A DNA stretch of 63,068 nucleotides, the filler included, from an uncultured bacterium (lineage in GTDB: Bacteria > CAYJOG01), in the NCBI GenBank assembly GCA_964371695.1. It is 36 parts of 36 records of this genome, joined end to end, with 100 filler letters (N's around TTAATTAATTAA, not from the genome) between each part and the next. Parts side by side here need not be neighbours in the genome. Positions count along the whole stretch, not along the records: positions 1 to 1,767 come from CAYJOG010000630.1; positions 1,868 to 3,633 come from CAYJOG010000631.1; positions 3,734 to 5,499 come from CAYJOG010000632.1; positions 5,600 to 7,364 come from CAYJOG010000633.1; positions 7,465 to 9,225 come from CAYJOG010000634.1; positions 9,326 to 11,085 come from CAYJOG010000635.1; 30 more parts are not named here. The stretch is one strand, 5' to 3'. Below the pieces are notes generated by a model that was not told the DNA's origin, searched no databases, and saw only the letters and a program-made list of their open reading frames with translations. Position 1 is the first letter of the stretch. The number at the start of each line of letters is the position of its first letter. The translations under genes were made by a program, and so were the position numbers. Shown here in pieces: positions 1 to 11,185 of the stretch.

Positions 1-5
1 CGTAT

Positions 6-80
6 GCGGTCATCCATAACCGCAAGAGCCTGCTTGAAATTGGAATATATTTCACATACCCCAATTTTCAAACAGGCTCT
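6..80. repeat. Repeat family B (CATCCAT hairpin + AGAGCCTG...CAGGCTCT inverted repeat), copy 1
   Basis: GCGGTCATCCATAACCGC followed by AGAGCCTG(25-32)...CAGGCTCT(73-80); same architecture at 34648-34721 and 62995-63068. Confidence 0.8.
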
Positions 81-553
81 CAGCTCGCTTCTTCCCGCCG
101 CAGGCCATCCTGCGCCCGTTCACCTGCGAGGTGCTCCATGCCGTTTTTGATTTCGTGCCCCATGCGGCTGAGTTGGCCGAACAATTTGTGCAACACACCG
201 TGGGCATAATCATCGGCCTCGTGGCGGATGAGCGCGGCTTCGGCGTGGGCCTCCTGCAAAATGCGGTTTACCCGCTCGCGGGTTTTGCTGCTCAGGGGTT
301 CGGTCTTGAGCATTTCCTCCAGGCGGTCCTGACGCGAAGCAGCTTCTTCTTTTGCGCCGGAGAGAATTTTTTCCTTGTTCTCCAGCACCTGACGGGCGGC
401 GTGAATTTCTCCCGGCAGCGCCTCGCGGAGAGCGCGAAAAAACTCGTGGGTCTGTTTTTCATCCAGCACCACCTTGTTGATCCAGCCCAGGTGCAGCGCA
501 CTGTCCACCATGCGCTCGAACTGGTCCAACAGGCCCAACACACGCTGGCTCAT
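80..553 (-). CDS. Coiled-coil protein of the DivIVA-like/'ATPase' family typically found downstream of coaD
   Basis: Motifs 'LREALPGEIHAARQVLENKEKIL' and 'EADDYA'; ATGA overlap with coaD; rsmD-coaD-this gene order is conserved in Firmicutes/Actinobacteria. Confidence 0.7.
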   Translation of the reverse strand: MSQRVLGLLDQFERMVDSALHLGWINKVVLDEKQTHEFFRALREALPGEIHAARQVLENKEKILSGAKEEAASRQDRLEEMLKTEPLSSKTRERVNRILQEAHAEAALIRHEADDYAHGVLHKLFGQLSRMGHEIKNGMEHLAGERAQDGLRREEAS

Positions 554-1083
554 GTTTTCCCTCCCTGGGTTTTCTGTTTTTGTCGTTGTTTGAGCGCCTT
601 GACCACGCAGCGGGGCACAAAAGGCGACACGTCTCCACCAAAGGAAGCCACCTCTTTGATGATGGTGCTGCTCACAAAAGACACGTCCTGACTGGCCACC
701 AGAAATATCGTCTCCACGCCCCCCAGGTTGTTGTTGGCATGGGCCATCTGCAGCTCATGGCCGTAGTCTTCAATGCCCCGCAGGCCGCGTATCACCAGGT
801 GAATCTCCTGCTTTTTCAGAAAGTTCACCAGCAGTTCATCAAAGGAAATCACCGTGATGTTGGGAATGTGGCTGGTGGCCTCGCGCACCAGTTCCAGCCT
901 TTCTTCAATGGAAAAAAGCGGCGCTTTGCGGATGTTTTTGTGTACCGCCACCACCAGTTCCTCCACCAGACCGCTGGAGCGCTCCATGATGTCCAGGTGG
1001 CCGAACGTAATGGGATCAAAGGTGCCCGGATAGGCTCCCCGGTGGTAAATGGTGCGAGTGTTTTTGGCGACGCGTTTTTTCAC
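550..1083 (-). CDS. coaD: Pantetheine-phosphate adenylyltransferase
   Basis: YPGTFDPITFGHLDI (HxGH-type motif), RGLR, FVSSTIIKEVASFGGDVSPFVP. Confidence 0.97.
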   Translation of the reverse strand: MKKRVAKNTRTIYHRGAYPGTFDPITFGHLDIMERSSGLVEELVVAVHKNIRKAPLFSIEERLELVREATSHIPNITVISFDELLVNFLKKQEIHLVIRGLRGIEDYGHELQMAHANNNLGGVETIFLVASQDVSFVSSTIIKEVASFGGDVSPFVPRCVVKALKQRQKQKTQGGKT

Positions 1084-1655
1084 GGAGAGTCACATAATCT
1101 GTATTCGAGAAGCTGGATTCTGCCGTAGGTCCGCTGCCTGTGCAACTCAAAGAATGGCAAAAAATCCACCGGCTGCCCCGATGTTTCCCAAAAAATCCGC
1201 CCATGGGGTGACATCAGCTCTTTCAATTGCGGCAACAGAGGGGTGAGGTCCGCGCCAAAGGGGGGGTCCAGATACACCACATCCGCCTTCACCCCCTGAC
1301 GGCCCAGCCAGCCCAGGGCCATCTCCACCCGTTGGGTCAACACCCCCTTGTCCGGCTCCCCCACCGAGCGCAGAAAACACCGCAGGGCCTCGGTCATGGC
1401 GCGGTTTTCGTCCACCCACCACACTTCTTTGGCCCCTTCGCTCAGGGCTTCCAGTCCCATCTGACCCGTTCCGGCATACAAATCCAGAAACACACAGCCT
1501 TCAAACTCTGGGCGCAGCACACTGAACACCGCCTCGCGCACCCGCCCCAGCGTGGGGCGCGCCGCCCGGCCCACCAGCGGCACACGCACCACACGGCCCT
1601 TCAACCGCCCCGCCAGAATGCGAAAGACGGCTTCTTTTGAGGCGCTTTTTTTCAC
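1080..1655 (-). CDS. rsmD: 16S rRNA m2G966 methyltransferase
   Basis: RILAGRLKGR, RPTLGRVREAVF, LDLYAGTGQMGLEALSEGA, DPPF; adjacent to coaD. Confidence 0.93.
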   Translation of the reverse strand: MKKSASKEAVFRILAGRLKGRVVRVPLVGRAARPTLGRVREAVFSVLRPEFEGCVFLDLYAGTGQMGLEALSEGAKEVWWVDENRAMTEALRCFLRSVGEPDKGVLTQRVEMALGWLGRQGVKADVVYLDPPFGADLTPLLPQLKELMSPHGRIFWETSGQPVDFLPFFELHRQRTYGRIQLLEYRLCDSP

Positions 1656-1767
1656 AGGGGCATCTTAACCACCGAAGCTTAAGGCGCATTGATTGTGCCT
1701 TAAGCGGGGGCGTTGCCCCCGCACCCCCACCGGGGGAACAGCGGTTCCCCCGGACCCCCTGTGTATG

Positions 1768-1867
1768 NNNNNNNNNNNNNNNNNNNNNNNNNNNNNNNNN
1801 NNNNNNNNNNNTTAATTAATTAANNNNNNNNNNNNNNNNNNNNNNNNNNNNNNNNNNNNNNNNNNNN
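1768..1867. other. Artificial contig linker (N44-TTAATTAATTAA-N44); first of 35 identical linkers separating 36 contigs
   Basis: Identical 100-bp spacer with stop codons in all six frames recurs every ~1.6-1.9 kb; contig lengths decrease monotonically. Confidence 0.98.
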
Positions 1868-3275
1868 GGGCCGTGTTGTCGGTGGCAAAGGTGGCGGGGC
1901 TGGTGGCCAGGGCGAAATCGCCGCCGCCCAGGCAGTTGCCGTTCTGGTCCACGTCAAAACACATCACCACCGAGGTGATGCCGCTGGACGTGTCCGGCCC
2001 CGTGCCCGTGGGGGTGAGGGTGATGCTGTTGAGGATTACGTCTTCAGAGCCGGTGCTTTCATCCAGCGTCATGGACTGCACCAGCACCGAGGTGGAGTTG
2101 GCCCGCACATAAGACGCCGCCGGGTTGGTGGCCCCTGCGGCCACGGTCAGTTCGGCCCCCAGAATGTGGGTGCTGCTGGTGAGCGAGCCGGTGGGCACCA
2201 CGCTTTGGGCCGTGGTGGCCCCCACCGCCGTCACGTCAATGCTGCCGCTGGTGATGGAGGTGATGGCCGTGACCCCGGCAGGGGCCGCGCCGGAAATGTC
2301 GTAGGCCACAATGAAGGTTTCTGTGGTGCCCGCGATGATGGTGTAGTCGGGGTTGATGTCGAAGGAGGTGATGGTGTTGTCTGCGCCATAGGTGGCGGCG
2401 GTGCTCACCAGCGGGTCCGACCCGCTCACCTCACCAAAGGGTGCGGCGGTGTCGCGGTAAACCTTGACCGCCGTGAAATGCGTGTTGTCGGTGGCCGTGC
2501 CCGTGGGGTTGAGCTTGAGGGATTGCAGGGTCACGTTTTCAGCGCTGGAGGCCGTGAGGGTGAACTGAAGCATGGCCTGATTGGTGCCGCCGATTTTCTT
2601 CACACCCGCCGCCGGGTTTTGCGCCCCGGCCGCCAGGGTGAGCGCGCCCTTCACCGTCTGCACCGCGCCGTTGATGGGGAACGATCCCAGAATGTCCACC
2701 GGGCCACAGCAGGCACCGAAGTGCTGCACCTGCAAATCCGCCGAGGTGGCGGTGTCCACACGGGCGCTGAAGGTCTGGTTGGCCGTGGCGGTGCCGTTGA
2801 GGGTATACATGAGGATGAGGTTCTGGGCGCTGCCCGCGCCGCCGGGCACGTCAATGGGGGTGCCCAGAGTGAAACTCACCGTGCCGTTGTCGCCGCTGAA
2901 GGTGCCGGTGCCCACGATGGTGTCGTCGCCGTCGTACACACAGTTTTTGCTGGTGCCCTCTTTGACCAGATTGACATTGGTGATGGCGGTGCTGTCGGCC
3001 ATGGTGCCGCTGGCGGTGTAGCGCACAAACAGAATCTGCTTGGTGTTGGCGATGTGGCTCTCGAACTTGGCGCAGTTCACCACCACGTTGCTGGCGTTGT
3101 TGCCAAAATAGGTGGCGGTGACCACCTGCTGGGTCACCTCGATGTCGTTGCTGTCAATGGGCGCCGCCAGGGCCGCCCTCCCCCCCAGGCTCAAAAACAG
3201 GGCCAGAAAAGGCAAAAAAATCCCTCGCCAACCAAAGCGGGGTTCAGCATGAGTGAACGTATGTTTTTTTGACAT
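1868..3275 (-). CDS. Large secreted/surface protein with repeated Ig-like beta-sandwich modules (3' truncated)
   Basis: Signal peptide ending AALA-AP; Thr/Gly/Ala-rich repeats such as 'LTLAAGAQNPAA' and 'LTVAAGATNPAA'; start set at the ATG preceding the signal peptide. Confidence 0.7.
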
Positions 3276-3578
3276 GTGGTCTCGGACCATTGAGTTTAAC
3301 AGATGCCGGGCAGGGGGTTCAAACGGTCCGAAACCCCTGTCTGGCCCCCTTAATTTCCAGTGCATGCCCCTCTGTTTACCCATCTGTTGCAAAATCGCAA
3401 CAGATTTTGGTGAGATTGGGGGGCATGGCATCTTGCCCATGGCTGTCAGGTTAACCGGAGTAGCGGTGACGCCCCCGTCGCCGTGAATGGCAAAAACCCT
3501 TGGTTTTGCTTTGGTTGTTGCGCGGTATGTGGTTCATATGGCTTAAAATCGGTGGCTCAGGCATCTTGCCTGAGCGTT

Positions 3579-3633
3579 TAGAGCAAATTCATATTTGACG
3601 TAGACAAAGGGCGGGGCCAGTCCTTGCCCTCTC
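3579..3633 (+). repeat. Repeat family C (TAGAGCAAATTCA..TTTGACGTAGACA..GCCCTCTC MITE-like end), truncated by contig end
   Basis: Near-identical reverse-oriented copies at 7465-7534 and 48321-48390. Confidence 0.8.
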
Positions 3634-3851
3634 NNNNNNNNNNNNNNNNNNNNNNNNNNNNNNNNNNNNNNNNNNNNTTAATTAATTAANNNNNNNNNNN
3701 NNNNNNNNNNNNNNNNNNNNNNNNNNNNNNNNNGGTGGCGCGTGAGTAGGGCGGGCGTCCTCGCCCGCCTGAGCGCGAAGCGCGAAACACGCCGGATGAG
3801 GGCGTTAAACAAAAAAATCAAACCTTCTTCTTTTTCCGACCTCCCGCCCCT

Positions 3852-4652
3852 TTACTTCTTTTTCTTTTTCACCGCCGCCTTGGGTGTGGCTATTTTCTGC
3901 ACCAGACCCCGCAGGGTTTTCTGGAACGCCGGGCTGGCGTAACAGGCGGCCTGATGCCAGGCCTCGGTGTCCAGCACTGCGTCCAGACCAGCGTCTTCCT
4001 GCTGGCGCAGCGCCCGCAGCGTGAGCACCGTGGCCGGGGGTTTGCCTGCCGAAAGGGAGGCCGCCGCCACCCGCGCCGCCGACACCACCGCTTCTGCGGG
4101 ATACACCTCCTGCACCATGCCCCAGGCCTTGGCTTCTTGAGCGCCAAAAGTCTCACCCGAACACAACAAACCCGCCGCGATGGTGGCGCTGGTGCGCCGG
4201 GGCAGATAAAACGTGCTGGCCATGCCCGGCGAAACCCCCAGGCGGGAGAAGTTGAAGCCCATGCGGGCTTCTTCGGCGCACACCCGCCAGTCTGCCGCCA
4301 GCGTGAGCGCCAGCCCCGCCCCCATGGCGTGGCCGTTGATGGCGGCCACCACTGGCACCGGCAACGACCGCAGCGACAGAAACCGGCTGTAGAACCAGCG
4401 CATGGCGTGGTGGTTTTCTTCTGGCGTCTGGCGGGTGCGTTCCTCCAGAAAAGCCAGGTCGCCCCCGGCGCAGAAAGCGCTGCCCGCACCGGTGAGCACC
4501 ACGGCCTTCACGTCATTCATGTGCTTGAGTTTTTCCACCGTGTCATAAAAAGCCTCGGCCATGGAGGGGGACATGGCGTTGCGCCGGGCCGGGTCGTTGA
4601 GCACCAGATGGGCAATGCCTTCCTTGACGGTCAGAAGCACGGGATTCTGCAT
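3852..4652 (-). CDS. Enoyl-CoA hydratase/isomerase (crotonase family)
   Basis: LTGAGSAFCAGGDL, VVAAINGHAMGAGLALTLAADWR. Confidence 0.93.
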   Translation of the reverse strand: MQNPVLLTVKEGIAHLVLNDPARRNAMSPSMAEAFYDTVEKLKHMNDVKAVVLTGAGSAFCAGGDLAFLEERTRQTPEENHHAMRWFYSRFLSLRSLPVPVVAAINGHAMGAGLALTLAADWRVCAEEARMGFNFSRLGVSPGMASTFYLPRRTSATIAAGLLCSGETFGAQEAKAWGMVQEVYPAEAVVSAARVAAASLSAGKPPATVLTLRALRQQEDAGLDAVLDTEAWHQAACYASPAFQKTLRGLVQKIATPKAAVKKKKK

Positions 4653-4765
4653 GGAAACAGATTAGCAGGTCTGGTCTGGCCACTGGCCGAAGGACTCCGG
4701 GTGTTTACACGGGCCGCCACTTGTGCATAAGATGCATCGCCCGTTCACCGGGAATCAGAAAGACC

Positions 4766-5499
4766 ATGTCTGGCTCACCCTCTACACTGGTGCTGCTGGA
4801 CGACGCCGCACAGGGCACGGCCCTCAGGGCCGCCGCCCCCCGCAACAGCAAGTGGCTTTGTTTTGAAGCAACCGCGGGCGGTGTCGTTCCAGAAGGGCGC
4901 CTGATTGTTCCAAGCCTTGAGGCCAAGGTGCTGGCTCCTGTGCCGGTCAAGGCCCTGGAATGGAGCCACAAATGGGCCAGGGAACTGGGCGTGCAAAGCA
5001 CCTACACCATCGAGGGGCTGGACATTCCCAGCGTGTTCGAGGCCGACTTCACCTTTTTGGTGGATGAAGTGCTGCGCACCGCCCTGCAGGTGCGAGAGGC
5101 GTTTCAGCGCAGCGGGGCCACCACCGTGATGACACCCAACAGCGTGCCCCCCCGCCAACTGGTGCTGGCCCAGGGCGAAAGCCTCATCACCGAAATCGCC
5201 CGCGCCATGTGCCGACACGACAAAGTGCGCCACCGCATCGTGCCCTGCAAAAGGGGCAGCCTGGGGCAGCAATACCGCCCCTCGCAGGGCCAGAAACGCC
5301 GCCACGTGGCCGGGCTGGACCGCATGGCGGGCAAAGACGTGTATCTGTTGCAGGACCACCACCTCGCCGCCCGCCTCACCCCCGTCAGGCGCATGCTCAA
5401 TCAGGTGCAGTGGGTGGCCCAGGGGTCTCGCCCCAAACGCCCCCTGGGGGGTGTATTTTATATCGTGGAGCCGGACAACGACGCGCTCACCCGCGAGAA
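4766..5499 (+). CDS. Hypothetical protein (3' truncated), possibly polysaccharide-biosynthesis related
   Basis: Long ORF with host-like codon usage, divergent from the crotonase gene; no diagnostic motif. Confidence 0.5.
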
Positions 5500-5599
5500 N
5501 NNNNNNNNNNNNNNNNNNNNNNNNNNNNNNNNNNNNNNNNNNNTTAATTAATTAANNNNNNNNNNNNNNNNNNNNNNNNNNNNNNNNNNNNNNNNNNNN

Positions 5600-7345
<1,746 letters not shown>

Positions 7346-7464
7346 TGCGGGGGCATCATAGGCGNNNNNNNNNNNNNNNNNNNNNNNNNNNNNNNNNNNN
7401 NNNNNNNNTTAATTAATTAANNNNNNNNNNNNNNNNNNNNNNNNNNNNNNNNNNNNNNNNNNNN

Positions 7465-7534
7465 GCCCTCTCCCTCAGGGAGAGGGCAAAGACTGGCCCC
7501 GCCCTTTGTCTACGTCAAATGTGAATTTGCTCTA
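7465..7534 (-). repeat. Repeat family C copy
   Basis: GCCCTCTCCCTCAGGGAGAGGGC...GTCTACGTCAAATGTGAATTTGCTCTA. Confidence 0.8.
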
Positions 7535-7667
7535 ATAAACCCCTCACCCCAACCCTCTCCCTCAAGGGGAGAGGGGGGTCGAGGGCGTTCTGTTGTTTGG
7601 TCAACGGGCACGACAAGGCGGAAAACTGTGCATAAACTTACGCAAAATGAACTAACAGCGGGCTTGA

Positions 7668-8522
7668 TTACTGCAACAGTTGCAACGCCACCTGGGGAGC
7701 AGAGTTGGCCTGGGCCAGTGTGGCCAGTGTGGACTGGGTGAGGATTTGCAGCTTGGTGAAGTTGGCCAGTTCGCTGGCATAGTGGGTGTCGGCAATCTGC
7801 GACCGGGCCGAAGACTGGTTGATGTTCTCCGCAGTGAGATCGCTCACGATGTGGCTGAGGCGGTTGCGAAGCGATCCCAGGCCAGATCGGATGCCCGCCA
7901 GGGTGCTCAGGTCCACATCGGCCTGACTCAGGCCGCTCTGGGCCTGCAACGTGAGGTTGGCCAGGGGGTTGGGGGGCGGGGGCTGGGCCAGAAAGCCGTT
8001 GATGGCCGTCTGCATCTGGGGAATCACCACCGACAGGCGGAACACCGAGCCGCCGTCGGCCCCAATCTGCGCCACCGCGCCCACAGTGCTGTCCAGGTCG
8101 CCAAAAAGAATGAGCTTGGTGTTGAAGGTGGTGGACTGGGCGATGCGCCCCAGCTCGGTGCGCAGGGTGTCGGCCTCCAGAATCAGCATGGCCTGTTCCT
8201 CGCCGGTGAGCGTGGCCCCGTTGGCAGCCCGCACCAGCAGGTCGCGGATGCGCAGCAGGTCCATGGTCATTTCTTCCATGGCCGCGTCGGCGGTGTCCAG
8301 CAGGTTCATGGTGTCCTGGGCGTTCGCGAGCGCCACGGTGTTGCCGTTGATGCGCGAGGTCATCACCGTGTTGATGCCCATGTCGCTGGGGCTGTCGGCG
8401 GCTTGGTTCAGCTTGTAACCCGTGGTGGTATGGCGCAGTGAATCAGCGGTTGCATTCGCAGTCATCCGCAGGCTGTTTAATGCCCTGAGCGCCGCCACGT
8501 TGGTTGTTACGCTGATACTCAA
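7668..8522 (-). CDS. fliC: Flagellin (short type, minimal variable region)
   Basis: N-terminal SVTTNVAAL...GYKLNQAADSP, STTFNTK, QIGAD; C-terminal RSGLGSLRNRL...SARSQIADTHYASE...LAQANSAPQVALQLL; TTG start after GGGAGG. Confidence 0.93.
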   Translation of the reverse strand: MSISVTTNVAALRALNSLRMTANATADSLRHTTTGYKLNQAADSPSDMGINTVMTSRINGNTVALANAQDTMNLLDTADAAMEEMTMDLLRIRDLLVRAANGATLTGEEQAMLILEADTLRTELGRIAQSTTFNTKLILFGDLDSTVGAVAQIGADGGSVFRLSVVIPQMQTAINGFLAQPPPPNPLANLTLQAQSGLSQADVDLSTLAGIRSGLGSLRNRLSHIVSDLTAENINQSSARSQIADTHYASELANFTKLQILTQSTLATLAQANSAPQVALQLLQ

Positions 8523-8650
8523 AAGGCCATCCTCCCTGAATCGCCCGTTGAAAAGAGATGTGTGTGCTAGTTCTTGACCCCCTAGCTTAATGCCAAATCC
8601 GGTGGATAACAACCTGAATATGGTGCGAGGGATAAAAAACCACCCCTGCC

Positions 8651-8819
8651 TATGTTTTCTGGTTCGCCGGTTTCATCCGTGAAACCTTGCGAACAACGCC
8701 GCACGCCCCAGGCCCACCCAGTTAAACGGGGCTGTTTGTCACAGCTTTTGCCTTTAAAGAAAATTTTCGGGTGAGCGCCACCCACCTTGGGGCGGCGGCG
8801 GAAACGGCCATCCATGGCC
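8651..8819 (-). ncRNA. Candidate structured RNA or ssDNA element, family A, copy 1 (upstream of flagellin, sense orientation)
   Basis: Plus-strand hairpin GTTCGC-C-GGTTTCA-TCCG-TGAAACC-TT-GCGAAC (8662-8694); long stem 8697-8712 pairing with 8786-8800; hairpin GGCCA-TCCA-TGGCC (8806-8819); homologous copies at 17445 and 26465. Confidence 0.6.
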
Positions 8820-9003
8820 TCTTTCCCGTGGATGCCGCCAAAATGGTCAGGAACAGATCCTTTTTCAATGTTCGTTTTGACAAAAAACACCACCAGATAA
8901 CCCAGAGCCACCAAATAAGCCCGGAGGGAAGTTAAATTATACAAAACAGTCTGGTTTTTAGCCGATTTTTCAGCTAAAGTGGCCGATATTCCAAGGAATA
9001 GGG

Positions 9004-9225
9004 ATGTTCCTGAAAATAAAAAGCTGGATTGGTGTGGTGGGATTGACCCTGCTGATGGGGCTGGGGATGACGCTGCCCCTGGGCTGCGGAGGCGGCGGCA
9101 AGTCGGCCCGGCCGCTGGTCTCGCAAAACACCACCACCCATCCTGCCCCCGTGGCTGCGCCTGAGACACATGAAACAACCAAATTCACCTGGAGCCAAAC
9201 CGCGGGCGCTTATTTGGTGAGCGGC
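9004..9225 (+). CDS. Lipoprotein N-terminus (3' truncated)
   Basis: Hydrophobic signal peptide with lipobox-like PLGC followed by GGGG. Confidence 0.6.
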
Positions 9226-9477
9226 NNNNNNNNNNNNNNNNNNNNNNNNNNNNNNNNNNNNNNNNNNNNTTAATTAATTAANNNNNNNNNNNNNNNNNNN
9301 NNNNNNNNNNNNNNNNNNNNNNNNNATCCTGTGGGGTGCGGCGCAAGCGGGCTTTGCCTGCGCCGCGCCGGGCCGCAGCCATTCACGACGAATGGCAAGG
9401 CCAATTAATCCAATGAAAATTCATGCTTTTTTGAATGTTCATTGGTATAACAGCGGGCGGCTCTGGACATTATTCCC

Positions 9478-10857
9478 ATGAGCAAGCGACGGCGTTATCA
9501 CCTGGTGGGCGTGGGGGGGGTGGGCATGTGCGCCCTGGCGCAGGCCCTGTTGTGCGTGGGCCAGCGCGACGGCCTGGACGTGAAGGTGCAGGGCAGCGAC
9601 CGCAGTTTTGACCGGGGTGAGCGCAGCGGACATTTTGATCTGCTGAAGTCGGCGGGCATCAAGCTGGTGACGCAAAACGGTGCGGCCATCAAGGGCTGGC
9701 TCACCGCCGTGGTGGTGTCCACCGCCATCGAAGAGGACAACCCCGACATTCAGGCGGCCCGCGCCCTCAAGGTGCCCATCCTGCATCGCAGCGAACTGCT
9801 GGCGGACATATTGCACAGCGGCGCGGGGGTGGCCGTAGCGGGCACCAGCGGCAAAAGCAGCACCACCGCCATGCTGGGCCACGCTCTGGCCGCCAACTGG
9901 AAGGATCCCCTGGTGATCGGCGGCGCGGCCATGCTCAACTTCACCGACAAAAACGCCACGGGCCACGTGCGCTGCGGCGCGGGGCCGGTGGTGATCGAGG
10001 CCGACGAAAGCGATGGCACTCTGGAGCGTTACAACCCCCAGATTGGCTTGGTGAGCAGCATCACGCTGGATCACAAACCCCTCTCGGAACTCAAACCCAT
10101 GTTCGAGCAGTTTGTGGGCCGCGTGACGCAGCGGGTGGTGGTACACCACAGCCTGAAGGCGCGGCTGAAGCCCTTTGTGAAAAAGGGTGTGGAACTGGTG
10201 GACTATGGCATTGGCGAGGGAAGCCTGCGGGCCTGGGCGCTGCGGCAAGACGGCGACAATCTTTTTTTTCGTGTGGGGCAGGCGAAATATCACCTCAAGG
10301 CCGTGGGGCATTACAACGTGCTCAACGCCCTGGCCACCACGGCGGCGGCCCAGGCGCTGGGGCTGAGCAAGTCGCAGGTGGCGCAGGCGCTGGTGACGTA
10401 TTCGGGCGTGGAGCGGCGGTTTGTGCTTTTGGGGCGCACAAAAAACGGCGTGATGGTGGTGGATGATTACGCCCACAATCCTGAAAAACTCAAGGCGGCG
10501 CTGCTGGCGGCGCGGCACCTGGGCGGGCGGGTGGCGCTGGTGTTCCAGCCCCACGGCTTTGGCCCCACGCGGCTGATGAAAGACGCCCTCAGCCGATGTT
10601 TCCGCCTGCACCTACGCAAACAGGACGGATTGTTTCTGCTGCCCATTTATTACGCCGGGGGCACGGTGCAGCGGGACATTTGCAGCGAACACCTGCTGCC
10701 CGGCAAAGGCCCGGCGCACCAGCTTTCGATGGGGGGTCGCCCGGCGCTGCTGAAAGCCCTGCGGGAGTGGGCCATGCCCGGCGACGTGATTCTGCTGGCG
10801 AGCGCCCGCGACCCCACGCTGGGCGAACTGGCCCAACAGATTTTTCAGTCGGTGTGA
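9478..10857 (+). CDS. murC: Mur ligase, MurC/Mpl-like
   Basis: HLVGVGGVGMCALA, VVVSTAIEEDNP, VAGTSGKSSTT, IEADESDG, VDDYAHNP, FQPHG. Confidence 0.8.
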   Translation: MSKRRRYHLVGVGGVGMCALAQALLCVGQRDGLDVKVQGSDRSFDRGERSGHFDLLKSAGIKLVTQNGAAIKGWLTAVVVSTAIEEDNPDIQAARALKVPILHRSELLADILHSGAGVAVAGTSGKSSTTAMLGHALAANWKDPLVIGGAAMLNFTDKNATGHVRCGAGPVVIEADESDGTLERYNPQIGLVSSITLDHKPLSELKPMFEQFVGRVTQRVVVHHSLKARLKPFVKKGVELVDYGIGEGSLRAWALRQDGDNLFFRVGQAKYHLKAVGHYNVLNALATTAAAQALGLSKSQVAQALVTYSGVERRFVLLGRTKNGVMVVDDYAHNPEKLKAALLAARHLGGRVALVFQPHGFGPTRLMKDALSRCFRLHLRKQDGLFLLPIYYAGGTVQRDICSEHLLPGKGPAHQLSMGGRPALLKALREWAMPGDVILLASARDPTLGELAQQIFQSV

Positions 10858-10885
10858 AAGAGGTGATGGGGCAGGTGTCCTGCTG

Positions 10886-10942
10886 GTGGCGCAGGCATCC
10901 TGCCTGCGTTCATGTTAAAGGCGGGCGAGACGCCCGCCCCAC
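10886..10942. repeat. REP-like inverted doublet (GTGG/GTAG-type hairpins)
   Basis: GTGGCGCAGGCATCCTGCCTGC...GGCGGGCGAGACGCCCGCCCCAC; related units at 3553, 3747, 14041, 30651, 46615, 53402 and 62855. Confidence 0.7.
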
Positions 10943-11185
10943 TGAAAGAGAACAGAAAAAGGTGTGATGTTTTTGTTTCAACTGGACTGCCGCTTCCTGG
11001 GGAATGACGGCGGGGTGATGAGGCTTTTCTTTTACCCTCTCCCGTCGTCAGATGGGAGAGGGTGGTATTGACCAAGCCGGGCTTGNNNNNNNNNNNNNNN
11101 NNNNNNNNNNNNNNNNNNNNNNNNNNNNNTTAATTAATTAANNNNNNNNNNNNNNNNNNNNNNNNNNNNNNNNNNNNNNNNNNNN

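Noticed and set aside
8651-8819. Family A element as c-di-GMP or ZTP riboswitch, hammerhead, group II intron end or integron attC
   Set aside because: Lacks the c-di-GMP-I GCAAA/GNRA-receptor pattern, the CUGANGA/GAAA core, the domain V AGC triad and RYYYAAC/GTTRRRY boxes; orientation relative to downstream genes is inconsistent.
8942-8989. Possible sigma-28 promoter (CAAA-N15-GCCGATTT) upstream of the lipoprotein at 9004
   Set aside because: Both boxes deviate from consensus and the better -10 (GCCGATAT) lacks a correctly spaced -35; too weak to call.
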